Below are positions 58,055 to 64,000 of a DNA stretch of 64,000 nucleotides, one piece after another; the stretch's first letter is position 1; each line of letters starts with the position of its first letter. Position numbers and translations under genes: made by a program. Where the stretch lies: the NCBI RefSeq assembly GCF_009914755.1, contig NC_060929.1. One strand, written 5' to 3'. The notes beneath the pieces are model-generated. The model did not search any database. It was given only the letters and a program-made list of their open reading frames with translations, and was not told the origin of the DNA. Origin of the DNA: the human T2T-CHM13v2.0 reference genome, Homo sapiens.

Positions 58055-58414
58055 TGTCTCAGTCCATTCAGACTGCTATAACAAAATACCATAAACTGGG
58101 CAGCTTATAAACAACAAATTTATTTCTTGCAACTCTGAAGGCTGGGAGATCTAAGACCCGTATGCTAGCAGATTGTGTCTGGTGAGGGCTCCAGTTCTGG
58201 TTCACAGGGCGTTCTTGCCTCTCACGGGTGGAAGAGGGCAAGACAGCTCTTTGGAGTCTCTATCATAAGGGTGCTAATCCCATTCATGAGGATTCTGCCC
58301 TTATGATCTAATCACCCCCTAAAGACCACCCATGTCCTAATACCATCACATTGGTATATGAATTCAACAGGAATTTGGGTGGGGGAAAGGAGGCACAAAT
58401 ATTCAGACCACAGC
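58055..58414 (-). mobile_element. MaLR LTR (MLT1A/A0-like)
   Basis: tgtctcagtccattcagactgctataacaaaataccataaactggg...ctaatcccattcatgagg...aaatattcagaccacagca. Confidence 0.88.
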
Positions 58415-58784
58415 AAGCATTTTGACAGAAAAACTTAGCTTCTATTCCTGTGTCTAACAAGTCATTTTCTACTGTGTGAATCTTGGCTAGCTGTGACTGC
58501 TGTGACCACTGGAGTATGGGGGCAATGACACCATGTAAGCTCCGGGCCTTGTCTTTAAGAGGACTGACAGCCTCTGGGTGAACTCCTAGAGCCCTGAGCT
58601 ATCATGTAAGAAGTTCCAACTCCCCTGCAGGAGAGACCATGTCTAGCATCTTCCCAGTTGGTAACATCCCCCTGCATAGTTTTTGTTTCCAAAATAATAA
58701 CCTTTCTTGTTTATAGTATTTGTTGCCTTCTGATTGTGATAGACCTTAGGCCATCTGTCCATCCTCCCCTACCTGCTTGACCGA

Positions 58785-59290
58785 TTCTGTTATCTATTGC
58801 TGTGGAATAGATTATCGTGAAACCTAGTAGCTTAAAGCAAGAACTTACAGAACATGATTTTGTGAGTCAGGAACTGGGTTAGAGCTTTTTGACTCTTCTA
58901 CCCTCCAACATGGTATTGATTTGAGTAACTTGAGCTGTTCAGCTGATAGCTGGGCAGGTCTGGAGGGTCAGAGCTGGCTTTACTTACACACCTGATACCT
59001 TGGCAGGGATGGCTGGAAGGCTGGGCTCAGTTGGGTTTCCCCATCTCTCTCCATGTGGTCTTAGGGCTTCCCCACGTTGTCTCTCCTTCAGGGGAGTTGT
59101 ACTTTCTTACATGGTATCTGAGGGCTCCAGGAGACCACAGCAGAAGATGCCAGTTCTCTTAAAGAGGAGGTGTGGAGCTGGATTGGTGTCATTGTCCCCA
59201 CGCTCCAATGATCACAGCAGTCATAGCTAGCCAGACCCAAGGGAAAAGCCGGAGTCCCCAGTCTTTGATGCAAATCTGCAGCCATCTGTA
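58785..59290 (-). mobile_element. Old MLT1 (H/I/J-like) LTR
   Basis: tctattgctgtg...agtagcttaaagcaa...tgtgagtcaggaa...gggatggctggaaggctgggctcag. Confidence 0.7.
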
Positions 59291-59299
59291 ATTCTCCTT

Positions 59300-60092
<793 letters not shown>

Positions 60093-61397
60093 GGGAAGAT
60101 TCAAGAAGCTTCTTACACCTTGCTTGCTTCTTGGCTTATAAGTTTTATCTCACAAATTTAAAAATACTCAATTTGTTTTTGAATAATGAAGTTCACCTAA
60201 TTATGGTTTTTTCCCTAAATACCCATTAGGTCATAGGGAAGACGAGGAGAGATATTTTTGTGCTAAATGTCTCATACTCAGTAATAGGTGATATTTATGA
60301 CTCTTCACCAGCAATACTTTGATCTGCATTTCCCCCATAGTGGTATTAGGTTTTTATGCCACTCAGATTTATTAAATAAACCCATGCATTCTTAGTTTGT
60401 TGTCTGATAGCCAAACATATGCAATTATTGCAAGACTGGCTACCATGTTACTCATGGAATCGTTGACACAGAAGAGCCAAGCAGATTGACTTATGAATGT
60501 AATAATGTTGTTCTGAGGCTTTCATTATGGTCAATCTCTAATAATGAGGAAAAGGAGGAGGGAAACAAGAAGCTGAATGCCATTAGGAGACTAAAATGAG
60601 CCTGTCTTTTACATTCCGGTTAGTTCTGAATTTGTTTCCAGAAAAATCACGCAGAGAGGAAAAATGTATATCCTGTAGTCCATTGTGTTAAATAATGTGG
60701 CATTTTTCATTTTTAAGGTTAGCTTTTTGTATTACTGCAGAAAATAGTCAACTTAGAACACACCTGTCATATCTGAAGTTTAATTTCTTCATATAATTGT
60801 TAGTTGCACAGTATATTTTACTGCTTAACTCTAAAAGTCACTTGAATTCAGATTTGTTCATTGTTCTTGCAGCTGCTTCCTTGTTAAATCATTCCTCCAC
60901 TTCAGACAGTAGATGCAAGAAATGAGAGGTGATTTGTCACAGAACCTATAGTTAATACATAGGCACTCATTGTTAATGTATGTTGATTACACGTAGCTTT
61001 AAATTGGGCTTCTGGAAAATTCATATTGTGCTTTTAAAATAGCCTGTTTGGCAGCCCCAACTAAAAATATGGAATGCTTTATAAATTATAATGTTGAAAT
61101 GTTCGTATTTTTGCAAGAAATGAACACTCTAGAAAGAATAAATGAAGCATGAATGAATAATTCAAGAATAAATTGTTAGTCACCACCCGAATTTTAGCAT
61201 GTCTTTGGTTTTATTGTTGGTATGCCAATAAGTAAGTGCTTTATCATAAGACACAGGTAAGTAAGACACACACAGCCAAGCAAAACTTACATGTGTTTTA
61301 CTTACCTGTGTCTCATGATGTCAATATTGGATTCAGCAATTTATTTCTGTAGGTAGACAGCATGGTTTACATCAAACATTGCATACACACATGTATA

Positions 61398-61776
61398 CAG
61401 TCATGACACCTAATGACAGGGATACATTCTGAGAAATGAATGATTAAATGATCTCATTCTTGGTCATTGTGCTAACATTATAGTGTGTACTTAACACAAA
61501 ACAAGATAGTGTACCCTACTGCACACCTAGCCTGTGTTGTGGCTTCTAGGCAACAAACCTGTACAGCATATTATTGTACTGAATACTGTAGGCAAATATA
61601 ACACAATGGCAAATATTTATATATCTAAACATATGTAAACATGGAAAAGGCACAGTAAAAATATGGTAAAAGATAAGGTACACCTGTATAGAGGAGCCCC
61701 ATTATGATCTTATGGGACCATCGTCATATATGTGGTATATTTGTTGGCTGAAATGTCATTACGCAGTGCATGGCTG
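61398..61776 (+). mobile_element. Tigger3a (MER7A-like) DNA transposon
   Basis: TA|CAGTCATG...gggatacattctgagaaatg...aaacctgtacagcat...atcttatgggaccatcgtcatatatg...CAGTGCATGGCTG|TA. Confidence 0.85.
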
Positions 61777-63049
61777 TATATATATATATACACATATACA
61801 CATACCTTTTCAAATTTAAAAATGGTTGGGGTTGCTGAAGGGAGTTGGCAAAGTACATAAGAAAAATGGGAGATTTCCCTCTTTATGCTGGAGAAAGAGC
61901 CAGTGGTTATGTGATGCCCTGTATGATGGAAAGCATTGAAATGGCAGACCCGCTCTCATTCTTAATAACATTGACAGTTGGGGCAAATTTCTTATCTATA
62001 AGATAAAGAGATTAGACTCATCATATCTAAGATTCATTGCAGTTCTAAATTCTATGCTTCAGATTTTTTGACTTAATAAAATTCATTTCAACATTTGAGT
62101 GCCCATCATATTAGGAACTATTCACTAGATATTTACTATGTGCCATGTACCTAAATGCTTTATATCTGTTAACTCAATAATCCTTATAAACCTACGATCT
62201 AGCTAAAGAACAGAGTAAATAAGTAGCCCAAGATCATCCATTTGGTTGGAAGTGGAGAGGCTTAAATTTTAACTTGAGATTTTAGTCTAGAATTTAGTAA
62301 CTGTGCCTGTAACAGTTGTATTATACTCTTTCCCATCCTGTCCAGACACCTTGCCAGGCACTAGGGAAACCTCTGAGAAAGTCATGATGATGCAGGAAGC
62401 ATAGGTGGCATATTGGGAGCTTTTTATTTCTAAGTTTCTTTTTGATATATGTAGACAACCATCTATAATCTCAGATATGCTATACATAACTTGTTTTTTT
62501 CAAGACTTCGATTTTACATTAAATTCTTTCTTTAGAGAGCTCATTAAGAAATATAGAAGTTCCACTGAATGCCAACTATCTTGCTCTTTTAAAATTTCCT
62601 TTAAGCTTTCATTAATTTGCTTTAGATTTGCATTCAAAAATGCAATGTTCTTAGAAATATTTTCGTCGACTCACTCAACCCATGTATTCAAATCTTTCAG
62701 AGATAAATAGCTTATTTTATCTACAGGGAATACTCATTGACTTTGAGAAATTACTTTCTGCATATTTTATTTTTGCTGAGAAAATACCTCCATACTTATC
62801 TAAAAGTAAAAATCTTTAACTCTTCTAAGTATCTGAGTATGTTAATTAGCATTAAGGTTAGTAAAATATAAATTCGTCAGTGACATAAATGATTGTGATG
62901 TAAATTAGTATGAGTATATTAGAATTCAGAGAATTGGGAACATATATATGGGCCCCTGTTTTCATACTGACCAATCTGTTATGTCTTGAGTATTTATAAT
63001 CAAATCAGCTGCTATGATAATGAGCTCTAAACATGAATTTTCAAGCCAA

Positions 63050-63490
63050 AATCAGACAGTTTCAGGCCTTGGATTTGATTTTACTCTTCTTACAAGCTGA
63101 TCAATTAGCCTATTACTGTTTCATGGATGCTGGCACTAGACATGAGATTTCAGGATCAGAAACAGGACTGTGTTACCCATGGCACAGCAAGCAGCATCAA
63201 CATTAGCATATTTGCATCGATTCCCCTTGCCCCCCAAGTCCCATGGGGGTGAGGGAGTACGTGCCAGACAGATGCCATTCATGCAGTGGATTTATACTGA
63301 GCTTTCGTAGCAAGCAGTAAGCAAGCCTGCTCTTTGTCCAAAAGGAGCTGTTACTTCATCTCTCCAGGTTATCAGCTACATAAACATAAATAAAAATGCC
63401 CTGGATAAAAGTGTTCAGGGCCTTGAAGCCTTGGCACACCAGCCAGATAGGTAAGACCACAAGAAGCCCAAGGGGAAGTGTCTCCCAACA
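63050..63490 (-). mobile_element. ERVL solo LTR (LTR40-like)
   Basis: Antisense TGTTGGGAGACA start at 63490; ggacaaagagcaggcttgcttactgcttgct; gggacttggggggcaaggggaa; gccagcatccatgaaac. Confidence 0.75.
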
Positions 63491-64000
63491 GACAGATGCA
63501 GTGTACTGTGGCGGAAAGGGCAGAGTCTGTGACAGGGTTCTGGTTCTTGTAGCTCTTGCTAGCAGCCTTCCAGAGGTCTGTCTGAGATATCTCTAAGCAT
63601 TCTCACAGAGAAAATAGAGTTGCATGAAATGACAAAAAATGTCTACCCTTTCATCTCAAGAATAAGTATTAATGTCATACTCTTCTGTAAACCTTCCTTT
63701 AAAATAAAACCTGCAGCTTGCTTAGGGCTAAAACTTGAGCCACAGAGAATTTTCACATAACCAAGTAATATAAATACAATATCGCCTACAAGTGTTAAAT
63801 GGATTTTTGGAAGAGAAAATTCATCACTGTAATTGTTCAGTGAAGGATACCATTTATAATTTTAAGAACTAATATAGAAAATGTGAACACAATTGTAAGT
63901 GCATGACTAAGAAATGTTACCTCATTTTCTTTTCAATAAAAAACAAATCAAGTGACTGGACAAGATATGAGAATGTTGTGAGCATTTTAAAAATTATTTT

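Overview
Primate (almost certainly human) genomic DNA, AT-rich and repeat-dense, with one protein-coding gene. ISOC1 (isochorismatase domain-containing 1) lies on the + strand. It has a CpG-island promoter at about 33.0-34.1 kb, five coding exons (33465-33773, 43666-43785, 43895-44098, 45656-45772, 51565-51711) that splice by GT-AG into a 298-aa protein ending in -SKV, and an approximately 1.0-1.1 kb 3'UTR. Intron 1 holds a perfect 26-bp hairpin that I recognise as MIR4633. The rest is intergenic or intronic: Alus, L1, L2, MIR, MaLR/ERVL LTRs, a decayed ERVL gag-pol fragment, and Tigger/MER DNA transposons, several of them nested. I found no solid evidence for a wholly new multi-gene system. 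The best leads are: (1) an uncharacterised PB1/ubiquitin-like-looking domain encoded by exon 1; (2) all-phase-0 exons 2-4 (441 nt, stop-free) bracketed by inverted Alus, a candidate endless-ORF circRNA; (3) the apparently de novo palindromic miRNA inside a MIR; (4) an Alu-in-Alu-in-L1 inverted structure whose target-site duplication expanded into a microsatellite; (5) a local duplication of a Tigger7 segment. Repeat subfamily names come from remembered consensus sequences, and repeat boundaries are approximate unless TSDs or TIRs are quoted.
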